From a virus (lineage: Duplodnaviria > Caudoviricetes): a stretch of 60,108 nt of DNA. The translations under genes were made by a program, and so were the position numbers. The notes below the pieces were generated by a model, which was not told the DNA's origin, made no database searches, and worked only from the letters and a program-made list of their open reading frames with translations. Where the stretch lies: IMG/VR virus record IMGVR_UViG_3300008262_000065, positions 1 through 60,108 of that record. The stretch is one strand, 5' to 3'. This document shows positions 30,308 through 40,867 of the stretch, in pieces. The first letter of the stretch is position 1. The number at the start of each line of letters is the position of its first letter.

Positions 30308-31399
30308 TTATATTCTTTTTGCACTTTTGATTTTCAACCCACGGCTTGCGCCTGCGTTTACTTCTCTTATTTGCACTCCCCCCTTATTCATCGCTTCAGG
30401 TGCTTTACGTTCAGACATATTCACATTTTTTATTTTACGTGTCACATCTTCTGTGGCATCTGCTAATCCTTGTTCATAAAAGAACTTGGCGAATTTTTCG
30501 GGGTTCATTGCTATGGCTAACGACTTGTGATAACCTACTGCATCTTTCATAAGACCATTCTCATCCAAGTACTTATTGATAAAGTTCATTGGAGTTGATT
30601 GTACCTTCTTCAATTCAGTGGCATCACCGGGAGCAAAAGTAAGTTTGCGGTCATTAACATTGAACTCAAAACCTTTGAATTCTTGACCAAACACTTCGTC
30701 AGTCTTCTGTTGGAACCACTCACGCTTTCTTTCTTGCTCTTCGTTTAAAGTGCTCGCCTGCTTAACGTATTGCTTATATGCTTCATACTCTTCTTTCTCG
30801 TCATCAGAAATACCAACCGTTCTTGACTCAAGGGGTTGTTTGTACTTTTCTTGCTGCTCGACAAAGTAGGTTTTAGCTTTAGCAATCGCTTTTTTCTTTG
30901 CTAATTTGGCTCTCTTAATATCTGAGTCATCATCCAAGTCTTCATTATACATGAAGTCTTCCATCATAGCCTCGATGTCATCTTCATCAAGACCATCCTC
31001 AGTTGCTAAGAAATACTGCTTTAGCATTTTATCAGGGTCCATAGAATCAAAATCTTCTTGCAACTTCAAGAAGTCTTGGATACCACGACCCGTATCTTTT
31101 TTGTACTTTAGGAATGCAGCAACATCTTCAGGCAAATCGTCATTGCTTTCTCTTGTTGCTACTAAGTCATCAAATGACTTTATTTCCTTGTTGTACCTTT
31201 TTCCAATATATGAAAGAACGTCTTCTTCTTTGAGTTCGATTGGTGCTTCAATTGTTTCTGTGGTCTCTATGGTTTCAGCCTGACTATTGTCATCCAATCC
31301 CCCATTCAGACTCTGCTCGTGTTTATCAAGCAACTCCTGTTCTACCTCAGCAACACTCTTCTCCGATACACCTGTTAACTCTCTTACTTTAAATTCCAT
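30308..31399 (-). CDS. Putative scaffolding protein
   Basis: Acidic, coiled-coil-like, between portal and capsid. Confidence 0.65.
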   Translation of the reverse strand: MEFKVRELTGVSEKSVAEVEQELLDKHEQSLNGGLDDNSQAETIETTETIEAPIELKEEDVLSYIGKRYNKEIKSFDDLVATRESNDDLPEDVAAFLKYKKDTGRGIQDFLKLQEDFDSMDPDKMLKQYFLATEDGLDEDDIEAMMEDFMYNEDLDDDSDIKRAKLAKKKAIAKAKTYFVEQQEKYKQPLESRTVGISDDEKEEYEAYKQYVKQASTLNEEQERKREWFQQKTDEVFGQEFKGFEFNVNDRKLTFAPGDATELKKVQSTPMNFINKYLDENGLMKDAVGYHKSLAIAMNPEKFAKFFYEQGLADATEDVTRKIKNVNMSERKAPEAMNKGGVQIREVNAGASRGLKIKSAKRI

Positions 31400-31416
31400 T
31401 TGATATGATTTTTATG

Positions 31417-31424
31417 CAAAGTTA
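31417..31424 (-). promoter_or_regulatory. -7 promoter box
   Basis: TAACTTTG upstream of the scaffold gene. Confidence 0.7.
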
Positions 31425-31442
31425 TAGAAAAATTTTTTATAC

Positions 31443-33878
31443 TTATCTCGGAGAGAATTCAGCTAAGTCAAAACCATCAAGTGAATCTTCATTTGATTCA
31501 AAGTTTTGAGGCGGTAAGTTCAACTTTCTCTGATTAATCAATTGAGATTGCTCAGTGTTCTGTTGGCTTATACGCTTTGACTTGGCATCTTCTTTTGCCA
31601 TCTCTCTTTTAGATAGTTCACCACCATTCATCTTAGCCAACTGAATGTTATAGTTGAATTCCTCAGACATCAACCTGCTCTTCAATTCAGCCTCGTTGTT
31701 CATCTTCTCCATCTCGAATGCAATCTCTGCTTGTTTTAGCTGCATCTTCTGACGAGTCTCCATCTCAATCTTTTGAACTGCTAACTGAGCAGCCATCTCT
31801 TGAGACTTCATTTGTTGTTGAGCAGTTATAGCTTGCTTCTGCATCATCATCTTCTCTTCACGTTCCTGCTTCTTAACACGCTTCAACTTCAGCAATTGGT
31901 TTGCAAGTTTTATATTCTTCAACTCACGTATATCAATTGCATCCTCAAGATTGATGTCACCCTTCTGTAGAGCAATCATAATGTTCTGCTCAAGTTGTGC
32001 CTTCTGCTCTTCATCCGGAGAAATATCAATAAAGATTCCGAAGTCATAGATATACAAATCTTTTACCTCACCCAAGATACTTACATTGTACTTGCCAATC
32101 TTATTGGCAAAGTCATCTCTGAAGTCAGCATACTCAAGAATATCAGATACTCTATATGTCAATGCTTCTGAGATAGACTTGAATAGATAAAGACTGCTAT
32201 CAAGGATATGTCGAGTAGCCGTATTTGAATTCAACGCAGCCAACTTCTGAACGCCAACCAATGAATGCGGGTCAGGGTCAGAACCATCACGAGCCTCATT
32301 CAATCCCGTAACGGAACGAATCATATCCATGTAATGGTTGTAGTTGGTAATCAGCATTTGTGTTTTAGCAGCACCTGAATTACTATTCAACTCTTGAATA
32401 GGAACACGAGCATTATTGAAATCGCCATCTTGAGTGTACGACCTACCAATAACACTACCTGTTTGGAAGTATAATCTCAATGCATCTTCAGGATTGTAGG
32501 CATTACCTGTTCCCAAGTCAACCTCATTCAACCCATCAGCATCAATGAATACACCATCAGGTACTACTCTTGCAATAACCTGCTGCAATTTCAAGTGTGT
32601 TATCTGAATCAAGTCAGCAAAAGGAATCATCCTACGCACCAATGACTCAATCACACCCTTATACATACGTGGTGCTACTGCAACATAGTTTGGCAAAGCG
32701 TGTTGTGATGCTGACTTTGGACGAACCATATTCTCAGCCATCTCCCACTTCAATAAGATGTTGGTTCCCATAACCATAACACCATTATACCAAACATCAA
32801 TGGTCTTCTCAACTTTCTCGAAACGACCTTCTTCCATCATCTCTACAGGTGGATTGAATTGGTCATCCTTCTCTACCATACGAGTACTACCATTGTCAAG
32901 AATCTTCTTCTTATAGACTATCTTTTTAGTGGTCTTGTAATTAAAGTAAAGAAGAGTGCAAGTATCCCTGTAAAAAATATTATTCTCATAGAACTGTGCT
33001 ACGTTGTAATAATCATACCAACTCTGACTGTACTTAGATATTTCCTCTAAGTCTTCTCTTGTGAGAGATTGGTCAATCTTCATCAATTCAGTAATTGGCA
33101 GAGTCTTAATCTCTCCCCAATAGAAGCAATCTCTGAAGTATGGGTCCTCGGTATAACTGTAAACGATATTAGCAGGGTCCACATATGATATTTGAACTCC
33201 CGCACCGGGAAGAAACTCATGCTTCTGAACTGCCAATCCTATAGTCATCAAATCATAATCACATTGCTTTCTTATGTAATCATAATTGTTCTCCTCAAGT
33301 AAAGTATTGATGGCTTCCTCTTCAGCTATCTCAATCGCAGGTTTGTAATTGAGTTGCATATACAATGACAACTCCTCATCAGTAGATGGGAGTTCATCAG
33401 GATTCATAGTAAATGGGTCTACACCTGTTTGTTCTTGGATATTCTGAAGAAGGTCCTTGGCAACCATCTGCCCTTCAATCATATCCTGATACTTGCTTCT
33501 CTTAGCTTGAGACATAGCATCCTGAGAATATGCCTTAACCTTAAACAAACGGTCAGACATACCATTAACAACGATGTCAACGAATTTTGGGATAATAGGA
33601 ACAGGTGTCCAATCCAAGTTCAAATACGACAAGTCACCATTTACGGCAAGTTCATCTTTATACTTTTGTGTTGGTTGCTCACCACGTGCATATAAACGTA
33701 GTCTATGGAAGTCTCTCCATTGACTGTAATACCTGCATTGATTTCCATCCTTACGAAACCATTCGTATTGGATAGCTTGCCCTATCTGAAGCCCAAACTG
33801 CTCTGTGTTCTTCTCAGCATCAGATACAAACTGACTTGGGAATCCGACAGATGATATATCTATCTTGACATCTTTCAT
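31443..33878 (-). CDS. Portal protein
   Basis: 811 aa after terminase; WTPVPIIPKFVDIVVNG; Gln/Met-rich C-terminal coiled coil. Confidence 0.8.
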   Translation of the reverse strand: MKDVKIDISSVGFPSQFVSDAEKNTEQFGLQIGQAIQYEWFRKDGNQCRYYSQWRDFHRLRLYARGEQPTQKYKDELAVNGDLSYLNLDWTPVPIIPKFVDIVVNGMSDRLFKVKAYSQDAMSQAKRSKYQDMIEGQMVAKDLLQNIQEQTGVDPFTMNPDELPSTDEELSLYMQLNYKPAIEIAEEEAINTLLEENNYDYIRKQCDYDLMTIGLAVQKHEFLPGAGVQISYVDPANIVYSYTEDPYFRDCFYWGEIKTLPITELMKIDQSLTREDLEEISKYSQSWYDYYNVAQFYENNIFYRDTCTLLYFNYKTTKKIVYKKKILDNGSTRMVEKDDQFNPPVEMMEEGRFEKVEKTIDVWYNGVMVMGTNILLKWEMAENMVRPKSASQHALPNYVAVAPRMYKGVIESLVRRMIPFADLIQITHLKLQQVIARVVPDGVFIDADGLNEVDLGTGNAYNPEDALRLYFQTGSVIGRSYTQDGDFNNARVPIQELNSNSGAAKTQMLITNYNHYMDMIRSVTGLNEARDGSDPDPHSLVGVQKLAALNSNTATRHILDSSLYLFKSISEALTYRVSDILEYADFRDDFANKIGKYNVSILGEVKDLYIYDFGIFIDISPDEEQKAQLEQNIMIALQKGDINLEDAIDIRELKNIKLANQLLKLKRVKKQEREEKMMMQKQAITAQQQMKSQEMAAQLAVQKIEMETRQKMQLKQAEIAFEMEKMNNEAELKSRLMSEEFNYNIQLAKMNGGELSKREMAKEDAKSKRISQQNTEQSQLINQRKLNLPPQNFESNEDSLDGFDLAEFSPR

Positions 33879-36163
33879 CTAATTATTTCGCTTTTAGTTC
33901 CCTTATTATTATATGTAGCAAAGTTAATGCTAATTTTTGATTGTGTTTTTTCAGGTTGATAAAGATGTTTCTGATTTGCCATAATAGCTAATCCCGAACT
34001 GATAGATGCGTCAAACATTGTACGATTGTTTATATCAAACTTTGCCCAATCCTCTAATGTTCTGCTGAAAGGCATGGTACCCATATCATCAGCATCCCTA
34101 TACTTACCTTCTAAATCAAGTCCTATATGCTTCTCAATGTAAGACTCAATCGCTGCTGCGTGTGCTTGCTTAACATCCTCAGATGAGTTAGGTATCCCAC
34201 CAAGTTCTTTCTCAGTCTTTGATAGCTTTACATAAGGCTTATCAGGACGGTTAAGACAGAAGCCTCTATACCCTCTATTCTTGAAGTGGTATAGCAATCG
34301 TGGCTTGTTGTTCTCTATCAGAATAGGCATACCGTAAAACGCACAAGCCATAAGAACTTCTTCAAAGAATATCTCAGCGGTCTGAGGACGAGCAATGTAC
34401 TCAAGAAAGAATTGATTTACAGGTCCCTCATCAACGTGATAACTCGTAAGACCATGCAGTGCACCATTAGACCCTTTGCCTACTACTACGCCTGATATGT
34501 CATATGAGTCACAACCGAATGCCCCCATGTGGTCATTGCCGGGATACTTTAATCCATTACGGTCTATAACTCTATTCTGATAATTCTTGCCCGGTAGCCA
34601 TGACACTAAGAATCTTCCTCTTGAATCAGGTGACCAAACAACCTTTGAATCTTTTATGCCATCCTTCCAATGGAACGAACCTCTTGTTACATGGTGCGCC
34701 TGAATCAAAGAGTCATTGTAATCTATCTGCTGATAAATCTTTGTAAGATTAAACAATGCAGCTTTACTCTCATCTCTGAATGCGTGTGACTCTGTTCTTG
34801 GGAACTGACGATAGAATTCATTTAGAGCATCAGCATCAGCCTTCAATGATTCAACCTCTGCTTCCCAATAGTCAATGGCACCATTCATAATCCAATTGTC
34901 GTCAATGCCACGAATAGGCTCAGATGGTTTACGCAACACAGGCATACCATATCTATCAATGAAGCCTTCCATGTTCCACTCCATGGGTATGAACAATGCA
35001 TATAGCCCTGACTTAGTCTGACCATTGGCATTCCTCGTAGATAAACGAGAGTCCTCATAAATATCCTTGAAGTTCTGACCACCCTTAGATAATGCATTTG
35101 AGGTAGAACCCATCATGCATTTGCCAATTATCTTGCTACCCAATCTAAGACAAGTCTTTGTTACTCGCCAATTCTCTTTTATGTTTACAGGCTTGACCCA
35201 CTTCCCACTTTCGTCATGGGCTAAGAACAACAACTTCTCACCGTCATATGAGTTGTCCTCTGTGTTCTTCCAATCTATTGTGGTATCCAATCCATCAATC
35301 TCACTGACTGATGACTCAGACATATTCTTCTTGGTAATCTTTGAAGCAGGTACCCGATAAGCTAACTCAGTCTTTGGCTTGTCCATACCATCCTGTACAG
35401 GCTTGAAGAAGAATGGTAGATTAGTACTGATTGGAACAACCTTATCAGTAAACATCTTCTTAGCATCGGCACCTGTCTTAGACAAGATACCAATACGTGC
35501 ATCTCTTGCAAGCGTTGCTATGTTCACGCACTCAGAAGAAGACATAAACGAAAAGCCTGAACGCCTTATCTTCAGATATGTCATACCGAATGACCTCAAG
35601 TCTGCACGACAAGCTTCCCAAAATATAAAGAATATCCTATTGGCTTCACGATAATCCGGGTACCCAATATCAATCTTGGACCACTGTAGATACATATAAT
35701 GTGCTCCTGTGATATACGTAGGAACACCATTATTCATGAACCAAGCGCCTTCTTCTCTTCGATTAAACGCTTGCTCAATGTAATCAACCCATTGATTCTT
35801 GAAATCATTGGGCATCTCATTCCATTGAAAGATTGAGTTTATTTTAGCTAATGGAGTTGGAAGTTCTTCTCTCTCCCAATATTGCTCTGCTGCTTTAGTG
35901 TGTCTTTGAAGACACTTTTCAGGAGCCAATGGTAACGCTATGTAAAGACCCGCTATGTTTACTATCTGACCAATTTGACCTGTCTTTGAAATAACAACAA
36001 CATCATATTGTGGGTCATAGCCATACACCCAACTACGATTACGATTTTTATTTGTTACTGCGTTCTTAGGTATGTAGTCATGAACGACATAGCACAAAGC
36101 ATTATCGTGCCCTTCGTTCTGCCCATCCTTGCTTTGATTCAACTTTCTCGATTCCTTTTCCAT
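33875..36163 (-). CDS. terL: Terminase large subunit
   Basis: LKIRRSGFS Walker A variant, LAHDE Walker B, GSTSN, nuclease GCDSYD..FDASIS; start codon uncertain. Confidence 0.85.
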   Translation of the reverse strand: MEKESRKLNQSKDGQNEGHDNALCYVVHDYIPKNAVTNKNRNRSWVYGYDPQYDVVVISKTGQIGQIVNIAGLYIALPLAPEKCLQRHTKAAEQYWEREELPTPLAKINSIFQWNEMPNDFKNQWVDYIEQAFNRREEGAWFMNNGVPTYITGAHYMYLQWSKIDIGYPDYREANRIFFIFWEACRADLRSFGMTYLKIRRSGFSFMSSSECVNIATLARDARIGILSKTGADAKKMFTDKVVPISTNLPFFFKPVQDGMDKPKTELAYRVPASKITKKNMSESSVSEIDGLDTTIDWKNTEDNSYDGEKLLFLAHDESGKWVKPVNIKENWRVTKTCLRLGSKIIGKCMMGSTSNALSKGGQNFKDIYEDSRLSTRNANGQTKSGLYALFIPMEWNMEGFIDRYGMPVLRKPSEPIRGIDDNWIMNGAIDYWEAEVESLKADADALNEFYRQFPRTESHAFRDESKAALFNLTKIYQQIDYNDSLIQAHHVTRGSFHWKDGIKDSKVVWSPDSRGRFLVSWLPGKNYQNRVIDRNGLKYPGNDHMGAFGCDSYDISGVVVGKGSNGALHGLTSYHVDEGPVNQFFLEYIARPQTAEIFFEEVLMACAFYGMPILIENNKPRLLYHFKNRGYRGFCLNRPDKPYVKLSKTEKELGGIPNSSEDVKQAHAAAIESYIEKHIGLDLEGKYRDADDMGTMPFSRTLEDWAKFDINNRTMFDASISSGLAIMANQKHLYQPEKTQSKISINFATYNNKGTKSEIIR
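33919..33926 (-). promoter_or_regulatory. -7 promoter box within terminase 3' end
   Basis: TAACTTTG ~40 nt upstream of the portal start. Confidence 0.5.
35900..35915. repeat. 16-bp palindrome copy 6 (in terL)
   Basis: GTGTCTTTGAAGACAC, read as CLQRH. Confidence 0.95.
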
Positions 36164-36392
36164 TGTTTTCCAATATGCTCTCTTCTGCTTCTAATCTTGC
36201 AAGGATTTCAAAAGCATCAAAGATTGCCAACCTTTTAGATGCTGCTGCATTCTTTAACTTGTCTGCAGCTAAATCATCATCGAAATCTTCTTTTATAATA
36301 TCCTCTTTAGCAACCTTGATGAGTTGCTCTACTGCTACATAGCCTGCAGCAATAACTTTCTTACGTAGTTCCTTGGGGTCCATCATCAGCAT
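36102..36392 (-). CDS. Candidate terminase small subunit
   Basis: Small helical ORF immediately upstream of and overlapping terL. Confidence 0.45.
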   Translation of the reverse strand: MLMMDPKELRKKVIAAGYVAVEQLIKVAKEDIIKEDFDDDLAADKLKNAAASKRLAIFDAFEILARLEAEESILENNGKGIEKVESKQGWAERRAR

Positions 36393-36858
36393 TATGTTTT
36401 AAGAATAATACCTGAACAAGACGAGAGTCATCACCTGTCCCAAAGTTCTCAAGCAAAGCACGTGAATGAGGATAACGTGTCCCAAATATAACTGCACGGT
36501 TGAACTTCATATGAATAGAACACATCTTTTCTCCGTCCTCATCATACAGAATGGTACCGTCTTCAGGATGTGATTCATTCAAATATAGCAACGCAATTAA
36601 ATCTCCCATCATCTCATCAGTGTGGATGAAGTTTGGTTCCTCTTGCCCATGCGGTGATTGTCTTATGAAGTTGTATACTACCTCATATCTCCATAAGAAA
36701 TAGTTCTCAATGAAATGCTGAAACTCGTCATCACTTCTCTGTTGTATACCTTTGAATACTTTGTCAGCATCAAAGATTTCCTCAAACCCATATGATAGTG
36801 CGTCACGCACATATGAAGATGGGTCTACTAATACATTGTCTAATACGATTAAATTCAT
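36361..36858 (-). CDS. 2OG-Fe(II) oxygenase-like protein
   Basis: IHTD..LLYLN..GT..KFNRAVIF..HSR..RLVQV (HxD...H triad). Confidence 0.7.
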   Translation of the reverse strand: MNLIVLDNVLVDPSSYVRDALSYGFEEIFDADKVFKGIQQRSDDEFQHFIENYFLWRYEVVYNFIRQSPHGQEEPNFIHTDEMMGDLIALLYLNESHPEDGTILYDEDGEKMCSIHMKFNRAVIFGTRYPHSRALLENFGTGDDSRLVQVLFLKHNADDGPQGTT

Positions 36859-37421
36859 AGTTTGATTGTTATTTGATGGTCGAACATACGATAGAGTTTC
36901 TCTCCATCGACATAAAACTCATACTCGCTATCAGGTTGAAAGCATACCTTATCTCCCGGATTGACTCCTTTGGATAATAGCATATCATTCGGATATACCA
37001 TTGTAGCCATCAATGGCTCATATGTAGTTGGCTTCTTGATATATGATTCTTCAGGTGCAATTGGTTTCACAAAACAGTATCTGTCGTATGCATTCCAATT
37101 GCCATCTTTCTTGTATAAAAAGAATTGGTCAGGCTCAATAAAGAATAAGTCTTCCTTAAAGAAACTCTTACCACTCTTTCTTCTACCCTGCATATCATTG
37201 TAGAACTTGAATGTGTTATGGTGTACAAGAAGTGTATCGCCTATTCCTATTGGACCATCATACCCCAACGGTAACTCAATTACTTCTGCTTCTCTATTTG
37301 AAAACCTATGGTCTTCTTCAGATGTATTAAAGATAAAGTCAACACCGGATACATCCTTAGTGTTGTTATATCTTTTGCTATTAAGTGGTCGTGCTATAAA
37401 GTAGAATGGCGACTGCATCAT
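36855..37421 (-). CDS. GroES-like (tandem) co-chaperonin-fold protein
   Basis: Two units: FIARP..AEVIELP..IGDTLLV and FVKP..ATMVY..PGDKVCF..VDGEKLY. Confidence 0.55.
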   Translation of the reverse strand: MMQSPFYFIARPLNSKRYNNTKDVSGVDFIFNTSEEDHRFSNREAEVIELPLGYDGPIGIGDTLLVHHNTFKFYNDMQGRRKSGKSFFKEDLFFIEPDQFFLYKKDGNWNAYDRYCFVKPIAPEESYIKKPTTYEPLMATMVYPNDMLLSKGVNPGDKVCFQPDSEYEFYVDGEKLYRMFDHQITIKL

Positions 37422-37645
37422 ATATTGATATTGTACTCAATAGATACAGGAACGGTATCGTTAAACTCTTTCCACAGAACTATTTCATTCTTTTCATTGA
37501 TGATGTAAATCTTGATAGACTTCTTATCATCATCGTACTTGATGAGATGTATCTCTTGTGTCTCGTTAAGAACCTTCTGCCCAACTATATAATGCATTGC
37601 CCCGTTCTTGTAGTCGGGACCCACGGAAATCTTTCTGATGTCCAT
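37418..37645 (-). CDS. Hypothetical protein
   Basis: Operon-coupled ORF. Confidence 0.6.
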   Translation of the reverse strand: MDIRKISVGPDYKNGAMHYIVGQKVLNETQEIHLIKYDDDKKSIKIYIINEKNEIVLWKEFNDTVPVSIEYNINI

Positions 37646-37660
37646 ATAAATTTGATTTGA

Positions 37661-38266
37661 TTATCCTATTTTCCATATAGCTACTTCTACTGCAGGAACA
37701 TTACTCCACCCACCTAAGTTTGTGTGGGCATACAATCCACCGCCATTTACTCCTGAACTATCTCTCATGATTTCCCAAGTAAGTATATCACCTGCTTCTG
37801 CATCAAATGGGATAGTTAGGTCATAAGGGAAAAAAGTACCTGTCTCATTTAACTCAACACCTTTTGTGGAAGTTATCTGAGTGCCATTTTTTAAACCTCT
37901 GAATAACGTAACAGTACTTCCTCCCGATGAACCTTGTCTTTCAAAGTTTGCAAACCCATTGAATAAATAAAGCCCGGCTTGATTAAACACAATTGAACCA
38001 TCAGATAATAACTGAACAGGAGATGAAACTGTTCCCTGCGCAGGACCAAATGTTACCTGCAATGGGGTATCTAATCCTGCAGGTAATTGATTTGAAGTTT
38101 CTTGAGAAGATAGAACTAATGTTACATTAAGCTGAGATAACAAAAGAGCAGCTAATGAACTAATAGTAAAGTTCTTGGTTTCATTGTTGTTATCGCTATC
38201 TGTGCCAATCAGTTTATCACTGAGGCTTACGTTGGTGTCAATTGGGTATGTACTAATCTTAGCCAT
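37661..38266 (-). CDS. Putative virion/tail-associated protein
   Basis: MAKISTYP..DKLIGTD..TKNF N-terminus typical of phage fibre-like proteins; beta-rich C-terminus. Confidence 0.5.
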   Translation of the reverse strand: MAKISTYPIDTNVSLSDKLIGTDSDNNNETKNFTISSLAALLLSQLNVTLVLSSQETSNQLPAGLDTPLQVTFGPAQGTVSSPVQLLSDGSIVFNQAGLYLFNGFANFERQGSSGGSTVTLFRGLKNGTQITSTKGVELNETGTFFPYDLTIPFDAEAGDILTWEIMRDSSGVNGGGLYAHTNLGGWSNVPAVEVAIWKIG

Positions 38267-38528
38267 TTTCTTTTCTTGTTACTTCTCCTGTTTGGATATT
38301 GATGATAGCATCCTTACCATACTTGGAGATTAAGTGATGCTCATGGTCTGCAAATCCTTCTCTCAAAAAATCAATCTGTCTAAGTATAGAATGCTTCTGC
38401 AACTCTGCGTCTGCAAGCTGAGACTTCAACTTATTGAAATCATTTTGCATAGTTTGAGTCTTGATTAATTCTGCTTCAGTCAACTGATTTGCGTTTGCTT
38501 CCGGATTCATTTTAATTGTTTTTGCCAT
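38259..38528 (-). CDS. Hypothetical coiled-coil protein
   Basis: ORF ending KYG..INIQTGEV; own promoter box TACCTTTG at 38551-38558. Confidence 0.6.
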   Translation of the reverse strand: MAKTIKMNPEANANQLTEAELIKTQTMQNDFNKLKSQLADAELQKHSILRQIDFLREGFADHEHHLISKYGKDAIINIQTGEVTRKENG

Positions 38529-38559
38529 TTGATTTGATTATTATGTAGCACAAAGGTAA

Positions 38560-39177
38560 TTATTTTTTTGATGACTTGTTTAAGCCTATCTCACGTTGGT
38601 ATCTGACACCTAAACCTAAGCCTGAATAAGTTAGATTGAAAGTGTTTCTGCTTTGCCTATACCCTATTGATGCGTCCAATCCATTTATAGTACCACCCAC
38701 TCCGAATACCAAAGCGTTACTTGGCTCTTTAATGATAGCCGTACTTACTCTGTTCTGAAATACTATCTCTCTGCTGAATATCCTATTCCTAAATACCAAT
38801 TCATTCAGTACAATCAAAGCACTACTGTCATTCTTTACTGTGTCAATGTACTTGACCTTAGCATAGTAATCTTTTAGAATAGCATTCGTATCAATCGGAA
38901 TCAGCACATACTGAGTATCTCCCGAATTCCAAACGGTATCATACTTAGGAACCGTGTCAGGATAGTAAACTGCGTATGGCATAGGCATACCCTTATAGAC
39001 TAAATAGGGTATGGAATCTGCGGGGATATATTTAACTTTTGGAGCAATAGGAGATGAGCACTGTTTTAACAATGCCCATGCCCCTATTACACCTATCAGT
39101 AAAAAAAGCAGATTACTTTTTATTCTTTGCACTGCTCTTAGGAGTTGATTCCTTCGCTGCAGATTTTGACTCGCCAA
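38560..39177 (-). CDS. Membrane-anchored lysis-region protein (spanin-like candidate)
   Basis: N-terminal TM segment followed by QC; next to endolysin; true start probably ~39120. Confidence 0.45.
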   Translation of the reverse strand: MASQNLQRRNQLLRAVQRIKSNLLFLLIGVIGAWALLKQCSSPIAPKVKYIPADSIPYLVYKGMPMPYAVYYPDTVPKYDTVWNSGDTQYVLIPIDTNAILKDYYAKVKYIDTVKNDSSALIVLNELVFRNRIFSREIVFQNRVSTAIIKEPSNALVFGVGGTINGLDASIGYRQSRNTFNLTYSGLGLGVRYQREIGLNKSSKK

Positions 39178-39841
39178 CCAATATAGGTTCTTTAGCAGTC
39201 AATGACTTTAACATCTCAATCAACTTGGGATGCGGATATACATCAGTCTTATCCTTACGAACAGAGTTATGAGTATAAACACCGGGTTGAGCAGATAATG
39301 CACGAGCAGTCAATCCCCATATGTCTTCATTGTAATCCAATGGTATTTTATACTTGTCACTCCAAAGAAGCAATAGTTCTTTCACAGATTCAATCTGAGC
39401 ATCTGTGTAGCTATGCCAATATTTGAAACCTTTGTATGGGTTTTTTAACTCAGTAACTTGGTCTGCAGGAACTTCACGACCTACATAGTTTATGTACTTC
39501 GCATCTTCTCCTTCTCCTACTTTAGTAAGAGCACCCCAATTGCAAAGTTCAATTCCAATTGACAACTTGTCCAATGGCTCATATCTTAGACCTTGACTGT
39601 TGAATACTTTAGTCTCAACGCCCAAGTGATATGCCCACTTTGCAGATGAGAATCCTTGTGCAATTAATCCCTGAGAATCAATTACAACACAAGTCGCAAC
39701 ACGTTCAGTAGTTTGCTCCCAATATTTAAACACACCCGCTGCATTGTCATTACCCGCAGTATGATGTAAATAGATTTGTCTCTTTGGTATCTCTTCATTA
39801 AAGTAATGAGCAGCACCAAATGGTATTTGCTTAATGTTCAT
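39113..39841 (-). CDS. Endolysin, N-acetylmuramoyl-L-alanine amidase (Amidase_2)
   Basis: IYLHHTAG..WAYHLG..SIGIELCN..YTDAQIES..THNSVRKDKTD. Confidence 0.9.
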   Translation of the reverse strand: MNIKQIPFGAAHYFNEEIPKRQIYLHHTAGNDNAAGVFKYWEQTTERVATCVVIDSQGLIAQGFSSAKWAYHLGVETKVFNSQGLRYEPLDKLSIGIELCNWGALTKVGEGEDAKYINYVGREVPADQVTELKNPYKGFKYWHSYTDAQIESVKELLLLWSDKYKIPLDYNEDIWGLTARALSAQPGVYTHNSVRKDKTDVYPHPKLIEMLKSLTAKEPILVGESKSAAKESTPKSSAKNKK

Positions 39842-39984
39842 TTTCCTTGTTTATTATATGGCTTCTGATAGTTTTGACTACCCTTGTTTTTACTTGTCTT
39901 TGTCTTTGCGTGTACGCCCTTGCGAGTCTTCTTAGGTTTTGATTGAAAAGACTTTACCTCAGATACCTTACTCTTCTTTGCCAT
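39838..39984 (-). CDS. Small Lys-rich protein
   Basis: MAKKSK..GVHAKTK..YNKQGK; start moved to the ATG at 39984. Confidence 0.55.
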   Translation of the reverse strand: MAKKSKVSEVKSFQSKPKKTRKGVHAKTKTSKNKGSQNYQKPYNKQGK

Positions 39985-40258
39985 GCTTGTTGAATATCTT
40001 GTAGTGGAATATAACTGCCCATGTAAAGATAGCAGCAAGACCTACATTCATCAATACCTCAGTAAATGGCGCATGACTGAATGTCAATACATTTAAGAAA
40101 GAACCCGCAACAAAAGCAGAGAGTCCAAACTTTAATGTCCAATGAGATGCAAAACTCCACTTATGTACAATAGAAGAATCCTTACCATACAACTGTAGAA
40201 AGAAAAGCATTCCGGATATTGTCAATACAATATTCGCTAAGAGATTAAGGATTATCAT
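39968..40258 (-). CDS. Holin-like membrane protein
   Basis: Three hydrophobic segments, lysis cassette. Confidence 0.5.
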   Translation of the reverse strand: MIILNLLANIVLTISGMLFFLQLYGKDSSIVHKWSFASHWTLKFGLSAFVAGSFLNVLTFSHAPFTEVLMNVGLAAIFTWAVIFHYKIFNKHGKEE

Positions 40259-40550
40259 TTTTGCCTGATTTTAATTTAGATATATATTTCTCATACACGA
40301 GTTCTACTATCTTCAATCCACCAAAACCTATTACGAAAGCAAAGCCATATTTCAAAGACTCTCCTTTCACTCCGAGTAAATCAATAACTACAGGAGTAAG
40401 ATAGTTAGCACTCATTGTTCCACCTATTACAGAGAACACTTGCTCTCTAACATCCTTGCCCTTTTGTTTTCCAACAAGAAGCAATGAACCAAAGAAGCCA
40501 CTTACTGCTAATCCTACGTTCAGACCTATGCTAATCAGAAACTCTTTCAT
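40245..40550 (-). CDS. Putative holin
   Basis: Three TM-like segments (GFFGSL..ANYLTP..AFVIGFGG) with basic C-terminus. Confidence 0.6.
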   Translation of the reverse strand: MKEFLISIGLNVGLAVSGFFGSLLLVGKQKGKDVREQVFSVIGGTMSANYLTPVVIDLLGVKGESLKYGFAFVIGFGGLKIVELVYEKYISKLKSGKNDNP

Positions 40551-40554
40551 GTAG

Positions 40555-40863
40555 TTACAAAGATATTACAGTGCAGGTTGCAGGTCCCGTCACTTCCTCA
40601 ATAGCAGTTACGCATTTATCGTGAATTACGGTAGCCAATTCAACTCCCCAAAATTCTTGAGATGTCAAACCTAAATCCACTAAAGACGGTAGAGTTGGAA
40701 TCATAACAGATGACTTTCCATTATTAAAGTCTTGCTCAGACTTATAATATTGAACAGTACATCTTGATATACCGGGATTGTAAATCTGAATCAATAGATA
40801 ACAGAATGGTTGAACCGTAAAACCATCAGCGGTTTCTACATTGGTATTAATTTGAATAGCCAT
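40555..40863 (-). CDS. Hypothetical protein (possible fibre chaperone)
   Basis: ORF directly after tail fibre. Confidence 0.5.
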   Translation of the reverse strand: MAIQINTNVETADGFTVQPFCYLLIQIYNPGISRCTVQYYKSEQDFNNGKSSVMIPTLPSLVDLGLTSQEFWGVELATVIHDKCVTAIEEVTGPATCTVISL

Positions 40864-40867
40864 TTTA

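Noticed and set aside
36102-36163. Programmed frameshift fusing the putative terS with terL
   Set aside because: The 62-nt overlap is explained by an ATG at 36163 or a later TTG start; no clear slippery sequence seen
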